A stretch of DNA of 63,486 nt, counting the filler. It is 13 parts of 13 records of this genome, joined end to end, with 100 filler letters (N's around TTAATTAATTAA, not from the genome) between each part and the next. Parts side by side here need not be neighbours in the genome. Positions count along the whole stretch, not along the records: positions 44,798 to 52,654 come from SRR9670534_1372; positions 52,755 to 56,003 come from SRR9670534_1373; positions 56,104 to 58,358 come from SRR9670534_1388; positions 58,459 to 60,920 come from SRR9670534_1389; 9 more parts are not named here. One strand, written 5' to 3'. Position 1 is the first letter of the stretch. The number at the start of each line of letters is the position of its first letter. Under the pieces are notes generated by a model, which did not search any database, had not been told where the DNA came from, and saw only the letters and a program-made list of their open reading frames with translations. Shown here piece by piece: positions 44,698 to 59,362 of this stretch. A program made the translations under genes and the position numbers.

Positions 44698-45635
44698 NNN
44701 NNNNNNNNNNNNNNNNNNNNNNNNNNNNNNNNNNNNNNNNNTTAATTAATTAANNNNNNNNNNNNNNNNNNNNNNNNNNNNNNNNNNNNNNNNNNNNGTT
44801 CTTACTAATCGTATTGTCACAAATAACTCTATAACTCTAAGAACAATGTAAAAATATAATAAAGGTGAGAGCGTTTACAATTGTGAAAAATAATAGGTGC
44901 TGCTAGTACATGGAATCATTATGGAAAAAAACTGAAAGCATATCAGAAGTCCAAATATAATAATTTCACAACAAGTTTATATAATAATATTCAATATGGT
45001 ATAATTTTGATACCGGTGATTATATAACAATATATGAATCAATATTACTGATTCTATAATTAGTCACAACAATGTGTAATTTTTATATTGGCATGAAAAA
45101 TACTGGTTTGATTGTTTCTAGAAATTAGCTAAGACGAATGAATATATGTGCTTGATATCTAAAACTGAGGATATACTGTTGAAGGAAGGAAAAAAGGAAA
45201 TCATCCTTGATGTGGCATTGCTTGCATGTACATACTTGCATATTTGATGCAACAAGGACAAGTCTGCATACTTATAGAATAGCAAAGCAGAGTAATTTCA
45301 AGATTAGATGTCAGCAAGTCTTTGCATTGGTAAATTTATATCATTATGATACCAAAGGAATTAGTATTGTCTTTTTCACTGTCAATTACAACGGTTTGTC
45401 GATCTACAATAAATTATTATTTGTGTACTTATGCCATAGTATGCAATAATGCAGCGTTATGCAATGGGTTATGTACAATAGGTAAAGGAAGCCAAGCATG
45501 CATCTTGAAGTATTCGGAGCAACAACTTATTGAGATTTTGTATCAAAATCTGGTTAAAATTAGTAGCGGTATCTTTTTGGAGAAATTAGTCTCAAAATCA
45601 GGTTAAGTTGTAAGCGCGATATCTTTTGGAAGAAG

Positions 45636-48600
45636 CTAGAAATTCATACCAATTAGTGAGGCACTATTATTACTATACTGGCTGACTCCATTGTTTTGAC
45701 TAGAAAAGGGTTTTTCTTCCAGAAAAACACTATCCGTTGTCGACATCTTTTCCTCATGATTAGCTTGCTTCTTGCTACTGGTATGAAAAATTTCATTCAG
45801 CTAAATAAGCAATAAATTATCAAATGCAAAGAAAAAATTTTTAGCATAGAAATGCATTCACATTTTCCATCATAAATTGCACAAGCAATTTATCCGTTTC
45901 TAACTTTTCAATTTCATTGTTAGTATCATTTAATAGGAGTAGGGAAGAAGGCTTCTTTTTAAAGACATGCTTGACACTACTGTTGTTGCTACTAGAACTT
46001 GGTTGAACAGCAACTATTAAACAAGGTGTAAAACAAAGAGACAAATTCTCGTAAGTCATCTAAAAATACCATTTCAGTAACACATTCATAGGACCGAGCA
46101 AATACCTTATTAAAAGACGAGCATCTTGCAATTTTGTCTAAATGAGAAAGCAGGTATTTCAGCAGTTCATAATGGAGTGACGGCAAATTAAGCAAAATCT
46201 TTCGAAAAGCTCTCGTCTTCTCTTTTACATCTGTTATTGGAGTAGTCTCTGCCAAATAATCTCGAATATCTAAAAATAAGTGGCTTCAAAATGAATGAAA
46301 AATAACTAAAAGTTGCTAACCGTTGGTAATTACGGGATCTCTTAAGTTTCTCAAAAATTGCTTCGTATAGCTAGCTACCGAATTAAGATCCTTGCACCAT
46401 CTGTCAAAATTCAGATCACGGCTATCCATGCACTGGAAAGCCTCTTCTTCTAAATCTCTAATATTACGAGTGGAACCTGGAATTCGATAGATGCCTTCAT
46501 GATGAAGACCAAAGCGTTCGATGATAGTAGTAAGGTAACAAATAATTTCAGGAACATGTCGATAAACATCCAGCTTACACTCTGTCAATGTTTCTCCAAC
46601 TAATCTGTCAGACTCAAAACTGAAACTAGCACTTCGTCTTGGAGCGAATTCTACAGAGCGTCCTAAAAATTAAAAGCCTCTAAATGACACATTAATTAAT
46701 AACACCACGTAGAAAATTCTATCAGTAATCTCGTACGATTCTAGTTACTAATATTCATAGTATACGCTATAGCGTGATATGTTTACAAGAAGAGTTACGA
46801 TATATTGTAACAACATTTGATTATATTTAGTAAATAACATTTCACTGTTTCTTTAATAAATGTCTTAAAAATTAATAAATGCTTAAATTACATTTCATAT
46901 ACGCAAGATGTAATGATTATTAAAATTTTCAAAAATAACTGTAAAACGAAGTCATATGTCCATTTGGTAAATTTTCAAATGATATGTATAAGTTATACAT
47001 ATACAGTATAACTGGTTTAATTTGAGCCATTTTATAAAAACGGTTTTAAGTACAGATAATAAAATTAACTACGTATTTAAGCAAAAATCTTTATCTACAT
47101 TAATTAAGTCTTGGCAAGATGCCAAATTACATTTTTCAAATATATTATTGATAAAGTAAATTACAAATATTTTTGGTTTTTGTATTTAACATTTACTTTT
47201 TATACATATATTCTAAAATGCTTCTAACAAAATGATACGACTAGGTATAATATTTCATAAAATATCATAAAGTAGTACATTTAATTTTTTATCAATATTC
47301 TTATTATTATAACAACGTAAACAATCTCAAACAACTTTTTTAAAAATAAATTACTATAGTACTAAAATTAGTACCAGATTGTTTCTTTCGTTTAACATCC
47401 TTTATGCTTGTTTTGTGAAAAGAGGAAGGAGACATCGCTGTAGAACTGCCCATAAACTTTCCAAAGAATCGTTGCCTCAAGCTTTTCGTTGAACTACGAG
47501 ATGAAGAAGACGAAGAAACAGCAGCACTGGTGTTACTATGAGCAGAGTCATTTAAAGCAGGAGTAGATGTTGCACTCTGAAGACGCAACTTTTGGCTTGC
47601 AGATTCACTGGAAACGTCCAAATCTGACGAAGATGCACTCAAAGGCAAAGTAGTGTGTGGTGGTCGCAAGTTTAATAAACCCTCTTCCTTACTACTACCA
47701 ATTCCATGCCTGCAGGTATCACCACAAGAATTTTCTTCGTATGAAGTGTGCCAAGCATAGTTGGAGGTGGCAATACATGGTACCATTTCTTCTTCTTCAG
47801 GAACCTCTTCAAACTTCTCTTGTAATTCAGCACCATGGATTATTCGCTGCAATTCCTCAATCCAACAATTCAGATCTTCATCATTCTCCGCCATAAACAG
47901 ATATTCTTCTCCAGAAGCGCAAATGACCACGCGTGGAAAAGGTCCTTTCTCGATGTTATTACTTATTATGTTATTAATAAGACAATTTTGAGTCAAATCA
48001 ATTCGGACAGGCTTGCTTATACTGTACTACAAAATAAAGTAGAAATAAGTATGGTTGACAGCTGCTGCAGCCACCCCTCATAATAACAAAAAACACCACC
48101 TAATATGTAATGACATAATGAATAATTAATAAATATAGGCAACATATACGCATACATACCCTTCTTAAACCTGATCTTTCATCATCTAATGGCATCAATA
48201 CCAAATGATTCCCACCCACTTCGGCTAATACTCTTCTCCATGGATTCTTCTAAGGAATTAACGTCATCAATATTATTTCAGGTAAAAACAGCAAAGTAAT
48301 TAATTAATAGCAAAAATGGCTACCTTAAATGAAAAATTGGCTTTCTTTTTATACTTCAGTCTATATGGTCTTTTCCTACAATCACATAACATGCATTTGC
48401 GCCATGTATTAATAAAAAAAGAAACACCAAGCACATATACAATAATACCCTTTATAAATATTCCTGATTTTTATAGGTAAGTTTTGATTATGCGCTCCAT
48501 GACGACCAGGCAAAGAGATCTGTGTTTTGTCCTGAACTCCATCAATAAATGGGATATCCAGATCCCGAAAATCTATAGAAAAAATCTAATCAATACTTCG

Positions 48601-51600
48601 TTTAACCAAAATACTCTAACATAATGTAGGTATATACTGTATACAGCTACAGATCTTTAGTTGATTTAGAATTAAAGATAAAACTAAGTGTACCTAATTT
48701 AATAACTATTAAATTAGCAAGACATATAAAATTTGTCAACAAAATCAGAGAATATTTAAAAAATTAAAAACAAACTATTTAATCAAACCCAATATTTACA
48801 TTATTAATCATATTACGCACTATGTAACGTAACAGAATAATTAATCTTATGTAATTAATATTATCGTTAATAACAATAGCATGTAATTATTATTTTACAT
48901 TGTATGAAGTAAATCAAGTAAACACGTGCACCACTAATGAGAAGACACACACATAATCCTGTGAAAACAAAAATACAGCAAATTACCCCGACTTAAATTT
49001 AATGCCTTCAGGAAGGAATCATGTCGTTTAACAATAGCACTAGAACGACTACTATTACCACCACTACCACTGCCACATGCACTACTGGTACCATTACTCG
49101 TTCTACTCTTGACATTGTTTTTGTTACAATTGTAATTATTACCATTTATGGAATCAGATAGAGATGCTTCATCGCTTTCAGAGCGACATATTATACCAGA
49201 ATCATACATTAAAGCATTATTAGGTGAATCATCTGCAAACTCTAGTTTGGTGTTGGTGGAACTAGTATTACTATTGCCAAGGTATGAATCACTGTGTTGT
49301 CGATTTAAGGGGTTTTTTGCCTTGGGTGTTGAAGTGGGAGATGTTGGAACTCTTTTAGCCCATTTTGCATGATGAGCAGATGGATACGAAATATCTTTCG
49401 AGAATTCGTGGTGTTTTTGATTTGGAAGAGTATTACTTGAAAAGGGATAGCTTGGTTTTCTCATACGTCGAATGGCTGGCGTCGATTGTCGCTGCAAAAT
49501 ATTGGGAGTTTTCGGAAAGTTTGTTGAAGGTAGGCTCTAAAACATACGATAGGTCTATAATTTAATTTGTGAATTTCTATGAAGGATTACTACCATTTGG
49601 ATTATGTCTTTCTCTTTGGGTAAAACCAACAGCTTTAAATGATCTCTAAAATGTTATAAAAATGTTAGTCCATTTTCATGATTGCTCTAGCATATTTGCA
49701 ACAATTAAGTTGTGTACACAAACATGTATAAGAAGGGGAAAAATAAAAAGAGTAAATATCAAAGTATTCCAAGGTAAATAAGCTTTAACCACAATGGAGC
49801 CAAAATGAGCGTGAACAGACGTATGAGAAACGGCTTTACCAAATGCAGTGTGTATTACAGGATGAAAAAAGTACGAAGTATGTGAACAAGTAGGTGTAAA
49901 GTTTTAGTAGTGTGTTTGTTTCTGCATGGCATTCCATTTCAATACATAGCAATCTGTTACATGTTCAGAAAATCGCTATAATTAGTGGAAAGATGTCGCT
50001 CAGCCAATTAATTAAAAGGTAATCTCATTATTTTCTTATTATTCGAATACATCTTAATCACATTAAAAACTAGGTATGTAGAATAGATAACTTGTGCTAT
50101 GTTTCTTAATTATCTAGTAATACATATACGTATCCTACGCAGTGTATGTACGTATGTGTCTTGGAGGATTAACAGATGACAGTTAATTTTGCGTGAATAA
50201 TGATGAAAATTGTGTGGATATTGATTTCAATTCGAACTATAGCATGTATTACAAACATACTAGATAAATCAAAACATTGCTAACGAAAACAAGCCAATAA
50301 TAATTATGAATATATGCAGCCACTCCGAACAAGTTTATAACATTTCATAAAACTTACAATGTAAGTTTTACATCTTTTATTTGGAGTAGCTGCATATATT
50401 CTTGTTAGTACCTAGATGTAATTAACGTGACATGTGAAAACATTTAGCAACATATGTAACAGCTAGCCCTACTATCCAGTATGTACTACAATAATACAAA
50501 TATAGAATTACATACAGTACATATGCAAACATTGTATGTTATACTGTATACACGTATAGATAAATATGCCATACGTTTCTCTTATGTGCTGAACAACATC
50601 ATTAAAACTCCAATCTTCAACACGAATATCATTAACAGCAACAATCTTATCACCTGCTAAAAGTCCAGCTATGTCAGCAGGTCCATTTTCTCTGATGTCT
50701 TTAACAAATATTGTCCTGAGTGTTGTTTTACGAATGTTATTTGGCTAAAATTTTCAAAATAATTATTAATGATATAACTGATCAAGTCACTAGTTACTGG
50801 ATGTACATTCATAGAATAATGATAAATTCTAAATGCATTTATATTGCACAAGAAACATTTTTCAAATCTAATCACTATGCAGCATAGTCTATGCTATTAC
50901 ATAATCAAATTTACTAACAATATAACTAAATTATTTATTACACAGTAAAATTTATTACATAATATCACAATTATGTAAGTATTGAAATACTATATGATAA
51001 ACATGTTTTTATTTAATGTATACATTTAAATATTCATGAATATTAATGTATACATTTAAATATAAATGAATACATATGACGTTTTACCGTATCTTGTTGT
51101 GTAGTTAAGACATCGTTACTGTTGCATTGTAATTCACGCAATGTAAAACCAAAACCATGATTACCTAAATTTTACCGGTAATACCATATGCAGTCACTAA
51201 ATAAGTAGCCTAATTCTAATTCTAAACATCGATGAATAAAGTACTTATTATTAATGAAAATACATACTACATATATAATACTATTATAGTACTATAGTAA
51301 CTATAATATGTACTGTATCATTAAGCTATTACGCATGTACCAATAACTGGATAATGAAACGTATGTATTTTTATGTGCGAAATTCGCACTGCGAACATGT
51401 ACATAGTATGTACCACATACATACTTTATTAATATAGTACGGTAGTGCTACTGTAACAGTACCTAAGTGTACCAGTAACAGTACATACTCAATTACGAAG
51501 TACCCATCTAAGTACGTACCTATGTAAGTATAAAATTACTGTACGTACACAATTGTACAGGAGTCCTACTTATTCTGTAAGGTCTTGTGAAATTTACATC

Positions 51601-51730
51601 AAATTATGATAAAAACATTATTATTAAAAATTAATAAGTTTGTATGTAGATACCCTTTTCTACCAACATTTCCCGGTATAGAGCTTCTTTTTGTTGCACT
51701 GCAGATACTTCCATGGTACTCTGTGGTCAT
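45636..51730 (-). CDS. PDZ-PH-RhoGAP protein, ARHGAP21/23 family (both termini approximate)
   Basis: PDZ exons missed by the ORF track (NHGFGFTLRE at ~51090-51165; TIFVKDIRENGPADIAGLLAGDKIVAVN at ~50575-50745), PH domain (EYLFMAENDEDLNCWIEEL) and RhoGAP domain (EGIYRIPGS, KQFLRNLRDPV, NK|MTYENLSLCFTPCL). Confidence 0.85.
50308..50401. repeat. 94-bp foldback (MITE-like) element in an ARHGAP intron
   Basis: 25-bp terminal inverted arms with 22/25 match (GAATATATGCAGCCACTCCGAACAA / TTATTTGGAGTAGCTGCATATATTC) enclose the palindrome TAAAACTTACA-A-TGTAAGTTTTA. Confidence 0.7.
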
Positions 51731-52754
51731 AACTTCACCATCTCATTTTGACTCATTGCAGCATGCAATGCATTTCATGCATTCCTTCATATGGTTTCTT
51801 CACAGAGCTTAAAATCACAAAAATCGTTATTATGCAATACCTACTAGGTAATACATGGTATGTATAATACATAATGTATTAGTTACTAATAGGTAATATT
51901 TTAATAACAACAACAACAACAATAATAATACATAATTGCTACATGAAATAATAACTATTGTACTGTACAATTTCCACATAATATGTACTGTTATATACAT
52001 AAGGCTAATCTAACAAGCCACTAGAAAAAACTAAGGAAGACTATAAAAATTTTGATATGTAAATATAAAAGTGACATATTTTTGATAAATTAAACAATTA
52101 TTGACATATTTTTGATAAATAAGATAATATTTATAGCATATATGTAGACACGTATATGCGTTTCAAAACAAATTTATTACTCTGTTAAAATACATAACAG
52201 GATAATTGTATAGTTACAATTAATTATTTAAGTCATAAATTATTAATATTTATATACTAATTTAAAAATTATTATATTTGTCATATTAAGAAATAAATTT
52301 ATTATACAAATATATCAATTTTAAAATTAGTTACCATATATAAATAATTTAAAATAATATATAAATAGGTAGTTTATAAACAATTAAATATAATAATTTA
52401 ACAAATAATTAATTAAAATAATCATATTATTATATTAATTTAATATTTAACTACTAAAAATTATTATATTATTATAATTAATTAAACTATTAGACTTTAA
52501 TGTACTTTATTGCTTAAATAAGCATTTAGGTATATCTATTAATAATTAAAAACTTAGTATATTGTAAAACTTAATATATTTGTAACATATTAGCCAAATA
52601 AAATGAAATGAAATAACACTTTATTCATGCCCGTGGGCTTAGAATTAATATATTNNNNNNNNNNNNNNNNNNNNNNNNNNNNNNNNNNNNNNNNNNNNTT
52701 AATTAATTAANNNNNNNNNNNNNNNNNNNNNNNNNNNNNNNNNNNNNNNNNNNN

Positions 52755-53082
52755 TGGGCATGAACATACACTACTAATATTAATATTGACATCTAAGGTA
52801 CATGCTAATTATCAAAACATGGCTTGTATTTACATGAACTGTAAATTATCTAAACATGGCTTGTGTTTTGATAATCCATGAATGTCCAATCAATATTGAC
52901 ATTTCTGGTACGTGTAAATTATAAAAACATAGCCCTATAGGTCATATTTACATAGATGTGTAGTACTTTGCCCCATATTATTCTTAACACAAGCCATGTT
53001 TGATAACTTACATGTAACAAATCCATGAATGTCCAATTAATAATGTTGACGTTTCAAGTACATGTAAATTATCAAAACATTG
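52755..53082. repeat. Complex repeat with direct and inverted sub-units
   Basis: Recurrent CATGAATGTCCAAT...TTGAC...GTACATGTAAATTATCAAAACAT(GGCTTGT) units, plus an inverted copy AACACAAGCCATGTTTGATAACTTACATGT at ~52986. Confidence 0.65.
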
Positions 53083-56000
53083 TTTGTTTTTCGTTTCATC
53101 ACGCATGTTTTGTTTCAAGCATTAAAAAAGTTGGAATTACCCTATATCAGAAGAAATGCTATCATCATCATTATTATTGTATTAACGCATGGTACATGGG
53201 TATCTATTGAATATAATAATAAGTGGCCTATTTTAGGAAAGTGTTATGAATGGATATTATTATTACTATTGTTAAAATTTAAACACTGTATTGGAAAATA
53301 TTCCTACTATTAATAATGATACGTTCATGTATTCGAAACCATTTTCCAAAACAGGCTTACTTAATCGATTACTTTTACCAGTAGTATACTACCTATAGGG
53401 ATAAACGCACATACAAAAATAACAATGATTTATCACAAATGTTGAAAACTGTTCTAAGTCAATGTATATAATATCTAATATACCTATACAATGAACCACT
53501 ACTACCTTCATTTTTCACCCAAACATCCAAAGCTTTAATAAATAGGTAATTAATTAGTATAGGTAATTAGTATAATTGATACTAATATTATAATAAAGTA
53601 CTAATCAGTATAATATAAGCAATGCTATGAAGCATTAAAACTACTATAATATCAGTGAATTAACAATGTATTAACATGAATGAGTAAATTAACAATGTTT
53701 TAAAACCATTTAAAATCGGGTGTGAATGGTTAAACTGCAATTTTTAAAAATATAAAAAGTTGAAATTGATTAACCTTTCATACACGGTTTTGCAATAATA
53801 GTACATTATAAAAAGTGGTATCTAAGTAAAAGAATGGTAATGCATTGTAAAGTGTGACATCCTAATGCATAGTGATACTGTGACATTATAAAATTCGTGG
53901 TATAACAGCGACATCTAACTGTTGTTGGTAAATTTACTTAGTAAGTATACATTGTAAGAGATTTTTTGACCGCAGTAACCTTTGCTGGCACCAGTTCTTT
54001 TGCTAGAACCAGTTTGCTGTTAAAATGTATAAAAACTATTATTCCCAACATGATAATTCCAAGATCATGTTTAGTATAATTTACTATAGATTTTTCCCAT
54101 CTACACCAAACCTGGTAGGCCTCAGCTACGCATCAAAGTATATACAAATCCAAATTTTAGAAAAATCCATCTAGGTAAACAGACGTTTTTACAATATTTT
54201 GTTACAATAATACATAGCCAATATTTGATACATAGTCAATTCGTTATAATCATACGTCGTACAATAACTTGTTACAATAATACATAGCCAATACTTTTCC
54301 GTTAAATGAGATTGTTGCATATAGTCTTTAAGACTAATGGCTAAAAGCTCTCTAACGGAACAAACCACAGGTCATTTCACCTTTCCATTCATGAAATATT
54401 CCGATTGCCAATCCATTATCATATCTCAAACGAGTGCCATATGAATAACCACAACTGCCATCATGTAAAATGTAAAAGATTTTGCCAACTTTATTCCTTG
54501 TGCCCCATACTTACAATTAGCAAAAATAATACATTTTACCTTCCAAGTTTCATCTTCGTAACGCCTTTCATTCCCAAGATATAAGCTACAACACTGCAAT
54601 ATCTGGTTTCTGCAGGGTTTGCATGTAAATCACATTGCCGCCAAATACAATAATTATCATCAGTGACATCTATTTGTATTTCTATTATTAAAATACGAAT
54701 TATAAATAATACAGCTGGAATGACACACTTCTACATATTCTATTATTAACTAAGTACTTCTTCCACCTAATCTAAGATATAATTAGTATACTAATAAGAT
54801 GTAATTAGTATATTAATTATAATTAATTAGCATTAATTAAAAAATTTAATTGGTAATTTAGTAAAATGCATGCACAACAGGCTCTTAGTACAAATTTAGT
54901 AAACATTTACTTATTAATAATAATAATCTAATAAAAACATCCACAATAGTCTATTTGTATAAATTTTCTATAGAAAATGTTTGCTTATTAATAGGCTGCT
55001 ATGTTTTGAAAAAGCACAGCATGTCACATGCAGCATTGCAGCATGTGAATGCATAAATGAAAATTAAAATGAACTCCCGATATCTTGAAAAGCAGAAAGA
55101 ATACTCTTCAAAATAACGGCAATGTCGATTCACGCGCTTTGTCACCTGCAAAGGCATAGCCTTCTAATAAGCATAGCTAAAAATATAATTTTTCTAAACA
55201 TGTTCGAAAATTACTCGAAAACTGGATGTATAGGTAAAACTCTGACTTCAGATATGAAATCAGCGTGTCAAACGTAGTTATTTTGAGCTATTTATATCAA
55301 AGCAAAAGCTTATTAATTAAGGTTATATGTAGTGCATATTATGTACATGTACGTGACACGTAATGTAATTAGTAATTACATGCATTTACATGCTGAGCTA
55401 ATTTACAGTATTAGTCCAACACCTCTGTTACAATTACATACATTTTTTAAATAATTAACTTCACGATAATAAGCTGTTAGTAATTATAGATCGATTATTA
55501 CTAATAACTATAAGGCATTTTATTCCAAAAAGGAGTGCCTAATTGCCGTGGCTCCTTGTGAATAATATGTACTGTACATTGCATACTGTATAACTGTACA
55601 GTGTACAACATACCTATGAAAATGCTATGTTATGAGCCACAGGCTTAATTGATTTTGCAATATCAAATTCAGCACACCAGAGACATCAAGATATATTTTA
55701 TGATAAAGATTACATCTTTATTAATAATAACATTACTAATAATAAAGACATAATTACTTTGATTATTATTAAATCATACATACGAACTAGATGCAAGTTG
55801 TCTTAATAATACAATTGCTGGTATATATTGTAGTTATATCAATATATAGTTATTCAGTACAATATCAAGGTCAGTACACTATAGATTCCGTAAGAGTTTA
55901 ATCGACTTACAAAAACAGTAACGTTGGCCTAGTTACTGGAAGTACATTGTACCAGGTACAATCTCAGAAATATATTACACTGTAACCTTAGGGGGTCTTA

Positions 56001-58458
56001 AAANNNNNNNNNNNNNNNNNNNNNNNNNNNNNNNNNNNNNNNNNNNNTTAATTAATTAANNNNNNNNNNNNNNNNNNNNNNNNNNNNNNNNNNNNNNNNN
56101 NNNACCCTTATGATTGTGCCGTGACTGTAATAACAATTTTTATTATTTGGTAGAGCCTGCAACATTAGCATGTTTCTAAGAAATGCCATTCAGTGAATGT
56201 TGATACAACTATTGTTGTAATTCTCTTTTTCTCGAAAACGGATCCGAAGACCTGTGCATTTTGGCTGTTTGTTTTTCCGAGATAAAGTGTTTCTGACCAC
56301 ATTTCATCATGAACACACTGTATGGGTAAGTATACCAATTATTGTATTCTATTTGGAATATTATTATAGCGATATGGGCCATATAGTTTTTTGTTATTAA
56401 GTGAAGTTTTAACTTTGTTGCATAGGCCTAAGTTAGGCCGTCTAAGTAATGTATGTACTTTCGTATAATGCATTACTAATACTTATAATAATTGCTTATT
56501 ACGCCAGGCTTTTGTGATTATTATTAAAATAAGAGATCGATTTCGATTACAATTAGTCAAAAAGGGCCAATTATCGATATGGATTGCGATTAAAAATTTG
56601 AAAAATAGATTTCATGTGATACCTTTAGTAAATGATTTTATAGTATACTTTTGTTAATAAATAATTTTTAAGTTATAACTTTAAATATATTTATTAATGT
56701 ATTAAATATATTTATTAACTTTAAATATATTATTAATGTATTTTTTATAATCGACTGATAATCAACTTTTCAGCTAAATGATTTAGCCTGAATCGATTGC
56801 ATTTGTTCGATTTATTAAGTATATTATATTTGTACTACAAATTTTGTAGGCTTGCGTGATTCATCAAATCCTTTATTTATATCATAGGATTGTAGTGCAC
56901 CCCAACATTGCAATACATACATTTTATAAAAATAACCTTAGGCAATTTTCCTTTACTTGTACATAAAAATATTTTGTTTTTATAGTCATTTTTCTTTTAG
57001 TTTTCTCTGATTCTATGCAAACATTAATTATCCTACAAAACGTCCAAGGACTCGTCCTTTATAATCCATTCGTAAGTAAATAACTATTATGAACGTTTGT
57101 TTTCATATTGGCATTGCTACGATTTCATTTAGTGTGCAAGCATAAATAAAACTGTTGGGTAGAGTCTCCATTGGCGACATCAGTGGACTTCTGCTGTACA
57201 GTAGTTTTTTGGTGCGATAACTAGAAATGGTAAAATGGTCGAGAAGAAACCACACGTTGGTTACTGTATAATACTTTGAATAGCCCTGAGGTTAGTTTTT
57301 GACAAGCTTTTATTAGAAATAATAATAGAGCTAATCATATATGATGAGTACCTATACTTTTATATAACAATAAGTAAACATTGTTATTAATAATCATCAT
57401 GATGCACATTTAATTGACAAATTGCATTCAATGAGTGTTCAGTCACGGTCTATAGTAAACACGTAAGAATATATTCAATCCATTAGATATATGACACAGT
57501 TTGTATTATAATGACACTGTCATTATGACAGTTTCTTGGAGAAATCTGTTTGTTATTTTTAGGCCTTATGAACGAACCCCACATGTGGGCGGACCTGGCA
57601 AACCTGGCTGACTCATAGCAAGGAAATGTACTCAACATGATGTGCTACATGGGCCAAAGAAAACGAGTTGCATGGTTGAGCACATTTGCCAGTTCACCCT
57701 CTATTATACGACCTAGCAACGTTCTATAATAATAGTAGTGAGAATATATCTATCGCTGCTTTTCGTGGCATTACCCAAATCCAAAAGATTTGCTTGGGAG
57801 GTATTATTATCTTTATTATTATCCAAACACATAATGTTCGCAAGAGTTTTACTGTATTTATATTGCATTACACGTGAAAGAAAGAAATCCTATGAAGGTT
57901 TGTGTTTGTTGATGCTTGTACGGTGGTGAAAACCTTATTAATAATGTTAAAAAACGAATTTTTTGTGCGAAAAGAACAGAGAATATTGGCCATTTCATTA
58001 CTATAGGTATACTACTGCTGCATTGCTTGTGGCATTTGCTATGGAAGTTCGTATAGAATTTGCCCAGAAGTTCTGAAGCTAAATGAAATTTAATAATGAT
58101 AGGTCATATAGCAAATGTTACAATGTTTTTAATATAAGCTTTGTATGATATGTATTCTGTAATAACAGTAATGTTATTGACATTTTATTACGTGATAATC
58201 ATCTATTCCTATTACTTTGATTTATCAAAATTTAATAACATTTTTAGTTCCAGAAAACTGCTTATATTTGATTTTTATTGACAATGAAACTACCTCATTT
58301 GCGATGAAATTGTTTCTCAAAGCGAATGAGAGCGCCAATGGTAAAAAAGGAACACTATNNNNNNNNNNNNNNNNNNNNNNNNNNNNNNNNNNNNNNNNNN
58401 NNTTAATTAATTAANNNNNNNNNNNNNNNNNNNNNNNNNNNNNNNNNNNNNNNNNNNN

Positions 58459-59362
58459 CCAAAACTGATTCACTTTCTGATAATTCTTTTGTTGGCAAAT
58501 TCTTCAATGCTTCATTAACCGTGGTTGTTTCCTTATTATCACCTTTTCCATATTTCTTCATTTCTGCAGATTCTTGTGCTTTAATAAACTTTTTCGTTGC
58601 TGGAGTAATGACTGGGTCATTATTATCAAGACGATAAACCTTGTAAAGGCTGCTTGGTTGACTTCTTCTTGGATCTTCTACTGAAACAGTTGTATCAGCA
58701 GATTTTGCCGTCTGAGGCATTATTTTCGCAGATTTTTCAAAAGCTTGGACATCATTTTCAGGAGCTCTCTTTCTACCATTCGAACCTCCACTTTTTGAAC
58801 AATAGATGACGCTTAGTTCTTCAGCAGATTCTTGAGCTTTTGATGCTGAATCTGTTTTATGATAATCACCACGAACTGGATTTAATTGGTCCCCATGGCT
58901 TCCACCAAGTTTCTGAATATGATCTGAACCAGACTGATTTGCATGCGCTGGCTTTGAAGCTTTTGCCAACTTGTCTTGAGAAATTTTCTTAAATTCTTCG
59001 TATGCTTCGATATCATTTTCAGCAATTCTACTCATTAGTTTCGAAAAAACCATTCGTTCATTCTCCTTTTCTTTGATCTTTTTCTCAAGTCCTTTAATCT
59101 GGTCTTTGAAATAGCTTCGGTCTCTATCCAACTTATTTCTCGCTACCTCGATGTTGAACAGCATTATTGACATATTAGGCTGTTCCAATTTGTATGGCTT
59201 TGGTTTATGTTCTGAATGATCATTGTAGGAACACTCTAGGCAAACGATCTTTGCGCATGATTTGCAATAAAAACATTTTGCAAGATTATGCCGAGTGCAA
59301 AGAATTTCTAATGGTTGACTCTCAAACTTTGATATATGTTTGGTATGGCTGTGATGAGCCAT
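58459..59362 (-). CDS. B-box (type 2) + coiled-coil protein, TRIM-like without a visible RING; 3'-partial
   Basis: CTRHNLAKCFYCKSCAKIVCLECSYNDHSEH fits the B-box2 consensus. A heptad-rich helix and a low-complexity linker follow. Confidence 0.75.

Noticed and set aside
57630..57672. SECIS element (ATGA...AAA...GA)
   Set aside because: The helix between the ATGA/GA quartet and the AAA loop does not pair.
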